Of a stretch of 54,990 bases of DNA, positions 17,386 through 25,914 are shown piece after piece. Within the stretch, counting starts at the first letter, position 1, and each line of letters opens with the position of its first letter. The position numbers and the translations under genes are program-made. The stretch covers positions 1 through 54,990 of the forward strand of contig JAFYAZ010000010.1 in the NCBI GenBank assembly GCA_017540455.1. The letters are read 5' to 3'. The stretch is from Bacilli bacterium. GTDB taxonomy: Bacteria > Bacillota_I > Bacilli_A > RFN20 > CAG-826. The notes below the pieces were generated by a model. That model saw only the letters and a program-made list of their open reading frames with translations, was not told the DNA's origin and did no database searches.

Positions 17386-18426
17386 ATGGAACCCAAAGAG
17401 CAGATTAAGGCCCTGGAAGCAAAAGCCTTAGAGGACCTTAAGAACGTGAATGACCTAGAAGGTCTTACGAACTACAGAAACACCTATCTTGCCAAAAAGA
17501 GCGAGCTTTCCTCGCTTATGGGCAAGATGAAAGAAATACCAGCCGAGGAGAGAGGCGCTTTTGGCAAAGCGGTCAATGACGCGAGAGCCGACATCGAAAA
17601 CGCCTTCAACGAGAAGAAAGAGGCCATTGAGCATAAGGCTCTCGAAGAGAAACTCAAGAAGGAGAGGATTGACCTCACCCTCCCAGGCAGAACCCACGCC
17701 TCAGGCAAGATGAACCCATGCTGGATCATCATCGATGAGATGTGCGACATCTTCGCCTCGATGGGATTCGACATCGTCGAAGGAAGAGACGTCGAGACCG
17801 ATCACTTCAATTTCGAGCTTCTCAATGTCCCAAAAGACCATCCTGCCAGAGACATGCAGGACACTTTCTATATCGACGATTCCTTGCTTTTAAGAACCCA
17901 GACCTCCGCAGCCCAAGCCCACACCATGCTTGAGAATGAGGAGAAGAAACCGATCAAGATGATCTGCCCTGGCAAGTGCTTCAGAAGGGATGACGATGAC
18001 GCCACCCATAGCCACCAGTTCGGTCAGATCGAAGGCCTTGTCGTCGACAAAGGCATTTCCCTTGCCGACCTCAAAGGAACCTTGGAGCTCTTCGTCAAGA
18101 AGATGTTCGGAGAGAAGAGAGAAATCCGTCTCCGCTCATCCTTCTTCCCATTCACCGAGCCTTCCGTCGAAGTTGACGTCTCTTGCGCCAAATGCGGTGG
18201 CAAGGGATGCAACATGTGCAAAGGCACCGGTTGGATTGAGATCTTAGGCGCTGGCGAAGTCAATCCTGAGGTCCTCAGGATGTGCGGATATGACCCAGCC
18301 GTCTATAGCGGTTTCGCTTTCGGCGTCGGCGTCGAGCGTCTTGCGATGCTCCGTTATGGCATCGACGACATACGTAGAATCTACGCCAACGACATCCGCT
18401 TCTTAAAGGATTTCAGCGAGAAATAA
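17386..18426 (+). CDS. pheS: phenylalanine--tRNA ligase alpha subunit
   Basis: Class II motifs (FRRDDDDATHSHQFGQIEG, GFAFGVGVERL). Start set at ATG 17386 after the AGGAGGG SD. The track ORF start at 17329 reads through the T-box terminator. Confidence 0.95.
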   Translation: MEPKEQIKALEAKALEDLKNVNDLEGLTNYRNTYLAKKSELSSLMGKMKEIPAEERGAFGKAVNDARADIENAFNEKKEAIEHKALEEKLKKERIDLTLPGRTHASGKMNPCWIIIDEMCDIFASMGFDIVEGRDVETDHFNFELLNVPKDHPARDMQDTFYIDDSLLLRTQTSAAQAHTMLENEEKKPIKMICPGKCFRRDDDDATHSHQFGQIEGLVVDKGISLADLKGTLELFVKKMFGEKREIRLRSSFFPFTEPSVEVDVSCAKCGGKGCNMCKGTGWIEILGAGEVNPEVLRMCGYDPAVYSGFAFGVGVERLAMLRYGIDDIRRIYANDIRFLKDFSEK

Positions 18427-18441
18427 GGGAGGGAAAAGAAA

Positions 18442-20835
18442 ATGAAAGTATCACTCAATTGGCTTAAGTCATTCATCGATCTTGAAGGATATACCCCAGA
18501 AGAGATCGCCTCCAAACTCACCTTCGCCGGAGTCGAAGTCGACACCGTGAGCAAACTCGCCAGCGCGACTAACCTCGTCATCGGCGAAATCCTTACTTGC
18601 GTCGCCCATCCAGATAGCGATCACCTTCACATCCTCAACGTCGATGAAGGAAAGAAATACGGTGTCCACCAGATCGTCTGCGGCGCCCCAAACGCAAGAG
18701 TCGGCCTCAAAGTCATCGTTGCTAGAGAAGGAGCGGTCCTTCCTGGCGGAACGATTGAGAAAGGCGTCATCCGCGGAGTTGAATCCGACGGCATGTGCTG
18801 CAGTTTAGCAGAGCTAGGTGTCGACAAGAAATTCCTTAGTGAGAAGCAAGTCGCGGGAATCGAGGAACTTCCAAACGACGCTCCAGTCGGGGAAGAGAAC
18901 GTCCTTGCCTACTTAGGCATCGATGACGTCATCCTCGATCTCGACCTTCTTGCCAATAGACCTGACCTTTACGCGATGGAAAACGTCGCCCAAGAGGTCG
19001 GTGCCCTTCTTGAAAGAGAGGTCAAACTCCCCGAATACAAAGAATACGCCAAAGGCGAGAGCGATTTCGTCGTTGGCTCCATCACCGAGAAATGCAAGCA
19101 GTTCGGCGGACGCGAAATCAAAGGCGTCGTCACCAAACCTTCCCCAAAATGGATGAGCGAGATCCTCACCTCCATGGGCGTCCGTTCGATCAACAACGTC
19201 GTCGACATCGGTAACTTCGTCATGCTTCTCACCGGTCAGCCAATCAACATGTATGACGCTGACAGGCTCCCAAAGAGAGAGCTCATCGTGAGAGAGGACT
19301 TCGAAGGTGAATATGTCGCGATGGACGAGAAATCCTATGCCCTCATCAATGGCGACCTCGTCGTCTCTAGCGACAAAGTCCCAATGTGCCTTGCCGGCAT
19401 CATGACCTCCAAGGCCTGCGCCGTCACCGAAGAGACCAAGAACGTCATCATCGAGGTCGCTAACTTCAATGGCGCTTCAATCCGTCATACTTCCAACAGA
19501 CTTGGCCTTGCTTCCGATTCCTCTTCGAGATTCGTCAAAGGCCTCAATACCGAGCAATGCGAAAGGGTCCTTAAGATCGCAAGTGCCCTTATGGCCGAGC
19601 TTTGCGATGCCAAAGAGGTCCTTATCTGTAAGACCTATGACGTCATCAAACACGAGAAGAAGGTCATCAAGACGAGCCTTGGCTATATCAACGCCCGCTT
19701 AGGAACCTCCTTCGATCTCGATACTGTCGTCAAGACCCTCAAGAGAGACCACATCGACGTCAAAGTCGAAGGCGAGACCCTTGAGTGTGCCATCCCTTAT
19801 TACCGTATCGACATGGCAGGGGAAGCCGACATCTCCGAAGAGGTCATTAGGCTTCTTGGCTACGCTAACGTCACCGCCAAACTTCCTTCCCTCAATGTCG
19901 CCCAAGGCGGCTATTCCGAGGCCCAGAAGAACAAGAACGCCATCAGACGTTTCCTTAGAAACGAAGGCCTCACCGAGGTTTTGACCTATTCCTTGGTCGA
20001 TAAGAAGAAGAAAGACGCTTTCGCTTACTTAAGCAAAGCCGAGAACTATAAGCTCATCAACCCTCTCACCGATGAGAAGGAATATCTCAGAAAGAACTTA
20101 ATCGCTTCTCTCCTTGAGTGCGCTTCCTATAACTTCGCTCACCAAAGCAAAGACTTAGCCATCTATGAGATCAGCGACGTCGATGCGAAGAACTTCAAAG
20201 GCAGACACCTCGCCATGGTTCTCCTTGGAAACGAATCCATCGTCGGACAGCTCTCGACCAAACCTTACGACTATTACGACGCCAAAGGATACCTTGAAGG
20301 AATCCTTAATCTCCTCAATCTCAATCTCAGCCGCTTCAGGCTCGATAAGCTCACGAGCGACAAAGAGGAGTTCCACCCATATAGAAGCGCATCCCTCTAC
20401 GCCGGGCGCGACATGGTCGCCGTCTTCGGCGAGATTCACCCAAACAAAGCGAAAGAGCTTGGCTTCGGAAAGAGCCCAGTCGTCATGCTCGAGCTTGACC
20501 TTGAGGCCCTCCTCAACATGAAGTCCAGCGCCGCGAAAGCTTCGATCCCTCCTCGCTTCCCAATGGTCACCCGTGACCTTGCCTTCTTGGTCAGCGAAAG
20601 CGAAGACTACATGAATCTCCGCCGTGAGATCATGAGGCTCGACAAGACCATCATCGACGTCGATATCTTCGATAGCTATGTCGGCGAGAACATCGCCGAG
20701 GGCAAGAAGTCCCTTGCGATCACCATCTCCTTCCGTTTAGAGGATAGAACCCTCAAAGACGAAGAGGTCAGTGCCGTCATGGACAACATCGTCGGCATGC
20801 TCAAGATGCGTTTCAATGCTGAGGTGCGTTCCTAA
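18442..20835 (+). CDS. pheT: phenylalanine--tRNA ligase beta subunit
   Basis: 797 aa. N-terminal tRNA-binding domain (GEILTCVAHPDSDHLHILNVD), B3/4 and B5 domains, and a C-terminal FDX-ACB-like domain. Confidence 0.95.
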   Translation: MKVSLNWLKSFIDLEGYTPEEIASKLTFAGVEVDTVSKLASATNLVIGEILTCVAHPDSDHLHILNVDEGKKYGVHQIVCGAPNARVGLKVIVAREGAVLPGGTIEKGVIRGVESDGMCCSLAELGVDKKFLSEKQVAGIEELPNDAPVGEENVLAYLGIDDVILDLDLLANRPDLYAMENVAQEVGALLEREVKLPEYKEYAKGESDFVVGSITEKCKQFGGREIKGVVTKPSPKWMSEILTSMGVRSINNVVDIGNFVMLLTGQPINMYDADRLPKRELIVREDFEGEYVAMDEKSYALINGDLVVSSDKVPMCLAGIMTSKACAVTEETKNVIIEVANFNGASIRHTSNRLGLASDSSSRFVKGLNTEQCERVLKIASALMAELCDAKEVLICKTYDVIKHEKKVIKTSLGYINARLGTSFDLDTVVKTLKRDHIDVKVEGETLECAIPYYRIDMAGEADISEEVIRLLGYANVTAKLPSLNVAQGGYSEAQKNKNAIRRFLRNEGLTEVLTYSLVDKKKKDAFAYLSKAENYKLINPLTDEKEYLRKNLIASLLECASYNFAHQSKDLAIYEISDVDAKNFKGRHLAMVLLGNESIVGQLSTKPYDYYDAKGYLEGILNLLNLNLSRFRLDKLTSDKEEFHPYRSASLYAGRDMVAVFGEIHPNKAKELGFGKSPVVMLELDLEALLNMKSSAAKASIPPRFPMVTRDLAFLVSESEDYMNLRREIMRLDKTIIDVDIFDSYVGENIAEGKKSLAITISFRLEDRTLKDEEVSAVMDNIVGMLKMRFNAEVRS

Positions 20836-21317
20836 TGACCAAGGTCAATAAGTCCGCCTTATCGGAAGGCAGATTCCAAGAATACGAGGCCTCTCCGGTC
20901 TATGACGCCTCGTTTGTCACTTACCCTCTTAAGTCAATCCCTTCGTTCCATTACGACGCCAAGGTCACCAAAAGAGACGACAAAGCCTTCGTGAAAATGG
21001 CCATCAAAGGCAAACTTGAGGTCTTTGATTCAAGAGACAACGTCCCATTCATCTACCCTTTCTCCATCAAGGAAGAGACCCTCATCCTTGACGAAGAGGA
21101 TGGCGAATCGATCGGATTCATCGTCCCAGGCGCTTCCTTCGATCTCGACGCTTTAGCCCTCGACATCGTCAAATCATCGTTGCCTTTAAGGCTCATCAGA
21201 AAAGGCGAAAGCACCCTCAAAGATGAAGTCGGAGGGGTGAGGATCCTTAGCGACGAAGAGAAAGCCAAAGAAGGTTCCAAAGGCGGAATCAGAATCAAAG
21301 GCTTAGACGAAGATTAG
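20835..21317 (+). CDS. hypothetical acidic protein (weak resemblance to YceD/DUF177 lacking the Cys cluster)
   Basis: Coupled to pheT by a TAATG overlap. The C-terminal segment FDLDALALDIVKSSLPLRLI resembles the DUF177 D-L-x-E-x-I-x-L-x-LP motif. The assignment is tentative. Confidence 0.55.
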   Translation: MTKVNKSALSEGRFQEYEASPVYDASFVTYPLKSIPSFHYDAKVTKRDDKAFVKMAIKGKLEVFDSRDNVPFIYPFSIKEETLILDEEDGESIGFIVPGASFDLDALALDIVKSSLPLRLIRKGESTLKDEVGGVRILSDEEKAKEGSKGGIRIKGLDED

Positions 21318-21335
21318 TCGCGTATGCACAAAATA

Positions 21336-21360
21336 AACCGCTGCTCTGCGGCGGTTTTTT
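21336..21360 (+). terminator. Rho-independent terminator after pheST operon
   Basis: CCGCTGC / GCGGCGG stem (one G-U pair), short loop, T6. Confidence 0.7.
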
Positions 21361-21431
21361 CATTTTCCCACGCGTATTTTTGCGAAAAATGTTTGCAGAA
21401 AAGTCAGGCATATTGTTAAATATAACCAAAG

Positions 21432-21449
21432 GTGGGAAAAAGTGGGAAA
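21432..21449 (+). promoter_or_regulatory. two direct GTGGGAAA boxes at 10-bp spacing (candidate MraZ-binding repeats) overlapping the mraZ SD and start codon
   Basis: GTGGGAAA occurs at 21432..21439 and 21442..21449. An inverted copy (TTTTCCCAC) sits at 21363..21371. Confidence 0.3.
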
Positions 21450-21861
21450 TTATTTTGGAACCTACAACCGTGTTTTAGACGACAAACATCGTCTTCAACT
21501 TCCTTCGAAATTGGTTGGCGAACTTCCAGCCAGGTTTTACGCGATCAAAGGCCATGAAGGCGCGATCGCCGTCTTCGAAGAAAACGGTTTTAAGGCCTTC
21601 CTTGAAGATCTCAAAAAACGTTCCTATCTCGACCGCGAGGTTCGTGCTTATACGAGAGCCGTGACCGCTTCGACGAACATCCTTGATGTCGATAGCCATG
21701 GCCGCATCTCTCTCCCAAGCCTCGAAGGCGAAGTCGTCGTCATCGGCGTCATCGACCATTTCGAGATCTTCAGCAAAGAAAACTATGAGGAAGTCATGAA
21801 AGACTCCGTCATGAGATTCGACGAACTCGCTCAGACTATCGCCGATCACGAAGGGAAGTAG
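21442..21861 (+). CDS. mraZ: transcriptional regulator MraZ
   Basis: GNYFGTYNRVLDDKHRLQLPSKL and a second SpoVT/AbrB-like repeat (LDVDSHGRISLP). GTG start after an AGGTGGG SD. Confidence 0.9.
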   Translation: MGNYFGTYNRVLDDKHRLQLPSKLVGELPARFYAIKGHEGAIAVFEENGFKAFLEDLKKRSYLDREVRAYTRAVTASTNILDVDSHGRISLPSLEGEVVVIGVIDHFEIFSKENYEEVMKDSVMRFDELAQTIADHEGK

Positions 21862-21865
21862 TGCT

Positions 21866-22807
21866 ATGGAAAACGAGCATTACAGCGTCCTTCTTGAAGA
21901 GACCATCTCTCTCCTTGAACCAAAGGAAGATGGAATATATGTCGATCTGACTTTAGGAAGAGGCGGCACATCCAGCGCCATCCTGAAGCTCATCAAAAAC
22001 GGTCATCTCTATTCCTTCGATATGGATAAAGAGGCCATTGCTAAGAGCAAAGCCAGATTAGAGTCGGTCGGAAAGAACTTCACCATCATCAACAGCAACT
22101 TCGCATACTTCGTCGATGAACTTAAGAAAGTAGGGGTCACCGAAGTCGACGGCATCACCGCTGACCTTGGAGTCTCTTCCCCTCAGTTCGACGAAGGCGA
22201 AAGAGGGTTCAGCTACCGTTTCGATAGCGAGCTCGACATGAGGATGGACCTTGATGCATCTTTATCCGCCAAAAGCATCGTGAACACCTATTCGCTAGAG
22301 GACCTCACCAGAATCTTCCGCGAATACGGCGAAGACCAGGATTCCTATCGAGTCGCCAAACGAATCGTGGAATATAGAGCGAAGAAGGAAATCGAAACCA
22401 CCCTCGAGCTCGTCGACATCATCAAAAGCGCCAAGCCAGCTAAGGTTTTGGCCAAAAAAGGGCACCCTGCAAAGCAGATCTTCCAAGCCCTTCGCATCGA
22501 GACAAACCATGAGCTCGATAACCTAAAGGCCCTTCTTGAGGATTTCGACAAGATCCTAAAACCAGGAGGAGTCATCGCCATCATCAGCTTCCATTCCTTG
22601 GAAGACAGGCTCGTCAAGAACCGCTTTAGGGAACTGACCGTCATCGAAGGGGATAGACACGCGCTTCTTCCTTCCCTAGACGAAGAGGCACCTTATGAAA
22701 ATCTCACGAAGCGCGCCATCCGCGCTTCTGATAAAGAGCTTGGTGAAAACCATCGCTCAACCAGCGCCCTTCTAAGGGCCATCAAGAAGAAAGGAGAGTC
22801 AAAGTGA
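21866..22807 (+). CDS. rsmH: 16S rRNA (cytosine1402-N4)-methyltransferase
   Basis: HYSVLLEE, VDLTLGRGG, DLGVSSPQFD and SFHSLEDRLVK motifs. Confidence 0.95.
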   Translation: MENEHYSVLLEETISLLEPKEDGIYVDLTLGRGGTSSAILKLIKNGHLYSFDMDKEAIAKSKARLESVGKNFTIINSNFAYFVDELKKVGVTEVDGITADLGVSSPQFDEGERGFSYRFDSELDMRMDLDASLSAKSIVNTYSLEDLTRIFREYGEDQDSYRVAKRIVEYRAKKEIETTLELVDIIKSAKPAKVLAKKGHPAKQIFQALRIETNHELDNLKALLEDFDKILKPGGVIAIISFHSLEDRLVKNRFRELTVIEGDRHALLPSLDEEAPYENLTKRAIRASDKELGENHRSTSALLRAIKKKGESK

Positions 22808-23037
22808 AAGACAAACTCGAAAAAACCGGCCATAAAAAAGGTTATTACATGAGACGTGGCTTCCTTAAAGGTTTAGCCCTAGGCTTTGCTTTGCTCACCG
22901 TCGCCGCCATCCCGATCGGTATCTCCTACAAGGTCTCGGCCGCGAAGATTGATGAGCCAAAAGCCGCCCAACACGTCGAGGAGACGAAGAAGCAGGCTGC
23001 AGAAGAGTCCCTTCCAGAAGCATCTATCGAAGAATAA
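22804..23037 (+). CDS. small single-pass membrane protein in the ftsL position
   Basis: GTG start overlaps the rsmH stop (GTGA). It has a basic N-terminus, one TM helix (LALGFALLTVAAIPIGI) and an acidic tail. Only the position suggests an FtsL-like role. Confidence 0.5.
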   Translation: MKDKLEKTGHKKGYYMRRGFLKGLALGFALLTVAAIPIGISYKVSAAKIDEPKAAQHVEETKKQAAEESLPEASIEE

Positions 23038-23102
23038 TATACGCATCTCCTTTTCAAAAAAGGCCTTCATCTTTTGCATGGGGGCTTTTTTTGTACTAGA
23101 AT

Positions 23103-24596
23103 GTGCCAGTGTTTCTAGAAAGAAAAAAAGCCATCATCAGGGTTCTAATCGAACTGCTCATCGCCTTCTCTCTTTCTTTTCTCATCTCCTTATTATCAAG
23201 CGACTCCATCTCTCCGATTTTTGGTTCCTTCCATGGGGACACCTTCTCGCAGGATGGGGCTCTTTTCATTTATGAGGCGAAAGCCATACTTGCCGGAAAA
23301 AGACCTTATTTAGATGTCTATGACCACAAAGGACTCTATCACCTTGGCATCGATATGCTTGGCCTTCTTATCAGTGAATCCTATGGCATCTTCATCCTTG
23401 AGATCGTCTTTGGCGGAATCTCTCTTTTCTTGCTCTTAGAGACCCTTGAGAAAATGGAGCTCTCATGGTTAGAAAAAGCGGTGGCTGTCGGCTTTTTCTC
23501 CACATTAAGGCTTCTTATCGGAGGAGGGAACACGATCGGAATCTGGCTCCTTCCTTTTGCGACCGCTTACCTCTATTTCTATGTGAGGGCGCTCAAAGAG
23601 GAGAAAGAAGGTTACCTCTATGCCGGCTCAATCTTCATCGGCGTTGAGTTGGCTTTGGCTTTGAACTCGAGACCGCTAGACGCGATATACGCATATGGGG
23701 GAATGATTTGGTTATTCGTGACCTCCCTCAAAGAGCACAAGATGAAGCTTTTCTGGAAGAACGTAGTCGTTGCTTTCTTGTTCTTCATCCTCGTCTCCGA
23801 CATCTTTGCCATCATCGCCATCAGCGGAGGCTATTTCCCTGAGATGTTCAAAGCCACATTCTTAGAAAACTTCATCTATATCGGAAGAATGAAGGATTTC
23901 CCTCTCGACCAGGTCTTCTTCAGGATCGGTTCGGCGGCGCTTATCGTCTTGGCTTTCCTTTTCGAGAGACTAGAGAAAAAGTGGGACGCTGCCTCATCTT
24001 TCAAGAATTTCCTCTTCATCGTTGCCTTAAGCGTTTTCGTTCCTTGGGTCTTCCTAGGAAGGTATCTCTCCTATCTTCTTTGCGGGCTTTCTTTTGCCTC
24101 GCTTTGGATCGTCTTCTTCATCCATTCCATCCCAAAAGAGAAGCCTGCTTTCATCACCAAGGTCTCGCTTGGTTCCATCTTCCTATTAGGCGTCATCCTT
24201 TTAGGTTCCCTCGCCCCAGTCCTTTATTACACGACCGGCGTTTGGGGCTTTGAATATTCAACGAACGCCCAAGACGAGAAGGCCCTTCTAGAAACCATCC
24301 CTCAAGAAGACAGGGACGGGGAGAAGGTCTTTGCGATCGATTGCTCATGCTCCGTATATCTAACTCTTGATGTTGTTTCCGAAGAGAGATTCTACGCCAA
24401 TCAGTCGTGGTGGGCCCTCGATAACGAGGAAGTCATACCAGAGGTCATAACCTTCATCGAAACCAAAGAGCCGAAGTGGCTCATCATCTCCAAAGAGGAG
24501 GCTTCGAAAAAGAATTTCGAAGAGGCTCTTTCCCATTACGAGCTAGCAAGCGATAAGGCCGCTAGATTTGACATTTACCGCCACAAAGGAAACTGA
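23103..24596 (+). CDS. polytopic GT-C-fold membrane glycosyltransferase-like protein (GT39/GT83/PMT_2-like)
   Basis: About 11 predicted TM helices. The first loop DGALFIYEAKAILAGKRPYLDVYDHKGLYH resembles the D-x..Y..A..G..PY.D..DHKPP motif of ArnT/PMT-type enzymes. The C-terminal ~120 aa form a soluble domain. Start is a non-ATG codon (GTG at 23103 or 23109). Confidence 0.6.
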   Translation: MPVFLERKKAIIRVLIELLIAFSLSFLISLLSSDSISPIFGSFHGDTFSQDGALFIYEAKAILAGKRPYLDVYDHKGLYHLGIDMLGLLISESYGIFILEIVFGGISLFLLLETLEKMELSWLEKAVAVGFFSTLRLLIGGGNTIGIWLLPFATAYLYFYVRALKEEKEGYLYAGSIFIGVELALALNSRPLDAIYAYGGMIWLFVTSLKEHKMKLFWKNVVVAFLFFILVSDIFAIIAISGGYFPEMFKATFLENFIYIGRMKDFPLDQVFFRIGSAALIVLAFLFERLEKKWDAASSFKNFLFIVALSVFVPWVFLGRYLSYLLCGLSFASLWIVFFIHSIPKEKPAFITKVSLGSIFLLGVILLGSLAPVLYYTTGVWGFEYSTNAQDEKALLETIPQEDRDGEKVFAIDCSCSVYLTLDVVSEERFYANQSWWALDNEEVIPEVITFIETKEPKWLIISKEEASKKNFEEALSHYELASDKAARFDIYRHKGN

Positions 24597-24682
24597 TTTC
24601 CAAATTTTTGCCATAAAACTACTAATTCCCTATCGTTATAGATTGAGAAAAACTTTCAGGTATTCTAAACTAGAATACAAGT

Positions 24683-25912
24683 ATGGAACGCACCATCAAG
24701 AATACCGCAGTTTTAGAGATTTGCTCTTCGAGCGTCAAATTCGCCGTTGGCTATAGTGAAGGCAGGGTCCCTCACGTTCTTTATTACAAGAAATTCCCTC
24801 TTTCCGGCTTCGTCAAAGATGGCCAGATCCCTAACCCAATCGCTTTGGGTGAGGCCTTAGCTCCTTACCTCAACATCGAGGATGAGGAACTCAAACTCAA
24901 AGTCGATCCAAAAGAAATCAATTTCGTCATGCCGCCAATCGGCTTCCAGGTCTTCCAAAACGACAAGACCACGAACGTCGTCCGTGACACGGTTGAGCAG
25001 CTTGATATCAGCAACGTCACCCTTATGCTTAAGCGCGATGGCGTGCCTAGCGGCTCATATCTCGTCGACATCGTCCCTGACGCTTTCGTGATTGGAAATG
25101 GCAGACAATATTCGAACCCTCCTATTGGAGAAAGAGCCGAATATTTAACGCTTTTCGCGAAGATCTTCACCCTTCCTGACGCCATCTATAGCTCATACGT
25201 GCAAGCCGCCCAAAGCGCAGGCCTTCGCGTCATCCACTCAAGCGTGGCCACCCAATGCGCGGCCATGATGGTCAAGTCGGAAGGAAACCTCCCAGGCACT
25301 TATTTCTATCTCGATTTAGGCGCCCATCTCACAACCGTTTCCTTAATCGGAAACAACTCCCCATTCGCGAGTCTTTACTTCCCGCTTGGCGGAGATGACC
25401 TCACCGAGAAGATCGCCAAAGCCTTCGAGATCTCTTTCGAAGAAGCGGAGGCCCTCAAGAAGAAATACGGATATGACGAAAGGACATTCGCCTATCCTTC
25501 CCCAATCTTCAAGAAAGAAATTGATGGCAATAAGAAGACCATCAGCCAGACGCAGCTCAACACTCTCATCCAAGAGTTCTTCGGCTCATATAACGCTTAT
25601 ATCAAAAACGCCATCAACACTTTGGTTGAGAACCAAGCCAAAGCCCAGAATATGGTGGACAAGAGCCCATTCGCAAGCCTTCCTCTCGTTATCTCAGGAG
25701 GAACTTCCTTATTAAAAGGAATCGATAAGCTCCTAGGCGACTTCGGTGGAAGAAACGTCCACAAATACATGCCAAAAACCTTAGGTGCTCGTGATCCAGG
25801 TGCCACGAACATCCTTGGCCTCATCGTCTTAGGAGGCGAATATAGAGGCACCTTGGAAGACAACTATCATGGAATCTCAAGCCTTACTAGAGGTTCCAAA
25901 AAGGAGGACTAA
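24683..25912 (+). CDS. ftsA: cell division protein FtsA
   Basis: Actin-fold motifs (LEICSSSVKFAVG, YLDLGAHLTTVS, ISGGTSLLKGIDKLL). Directly upstream of ftsZ. Confidence 0.9.
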   Translation: MERTIKNTAVLEICSSSVKFAVGYSEGRVPHVLYYKKFPLSGFVKDGQIPNPIALGEALAPYLNIEDEELKLKVDPKEINFVMPPIGFQVFQNDKTTNVVRDTVEQLDISNVTLMLKRDGVPSGSYLVDIVPDAFVIGNGRQYSNPPIGERAEYLTLFAKIFTLPDAIYSSYVQAAQSAGLRVIHSSVATQCAAMMVKSEGNLPGTYFYLDLGAHLTTVSLIGNNSPFASLYFPLGGDDLTEKIAKAFEISFEEAEALKKKYGYDERTFAYPSPIFKKEIDGNKKTISQTQLNTLIQEFFGSYNAYIKNAINTLVENQAKAQNMVDKSPFASLPLVISGGTSLLKGIDKLLGDFGGRNVHKYMPKTLGARDPGATNILGLIVLGGEYRGTLEDNYHGISSLTRGSKKED

Positions 25913-25914
25913 TT

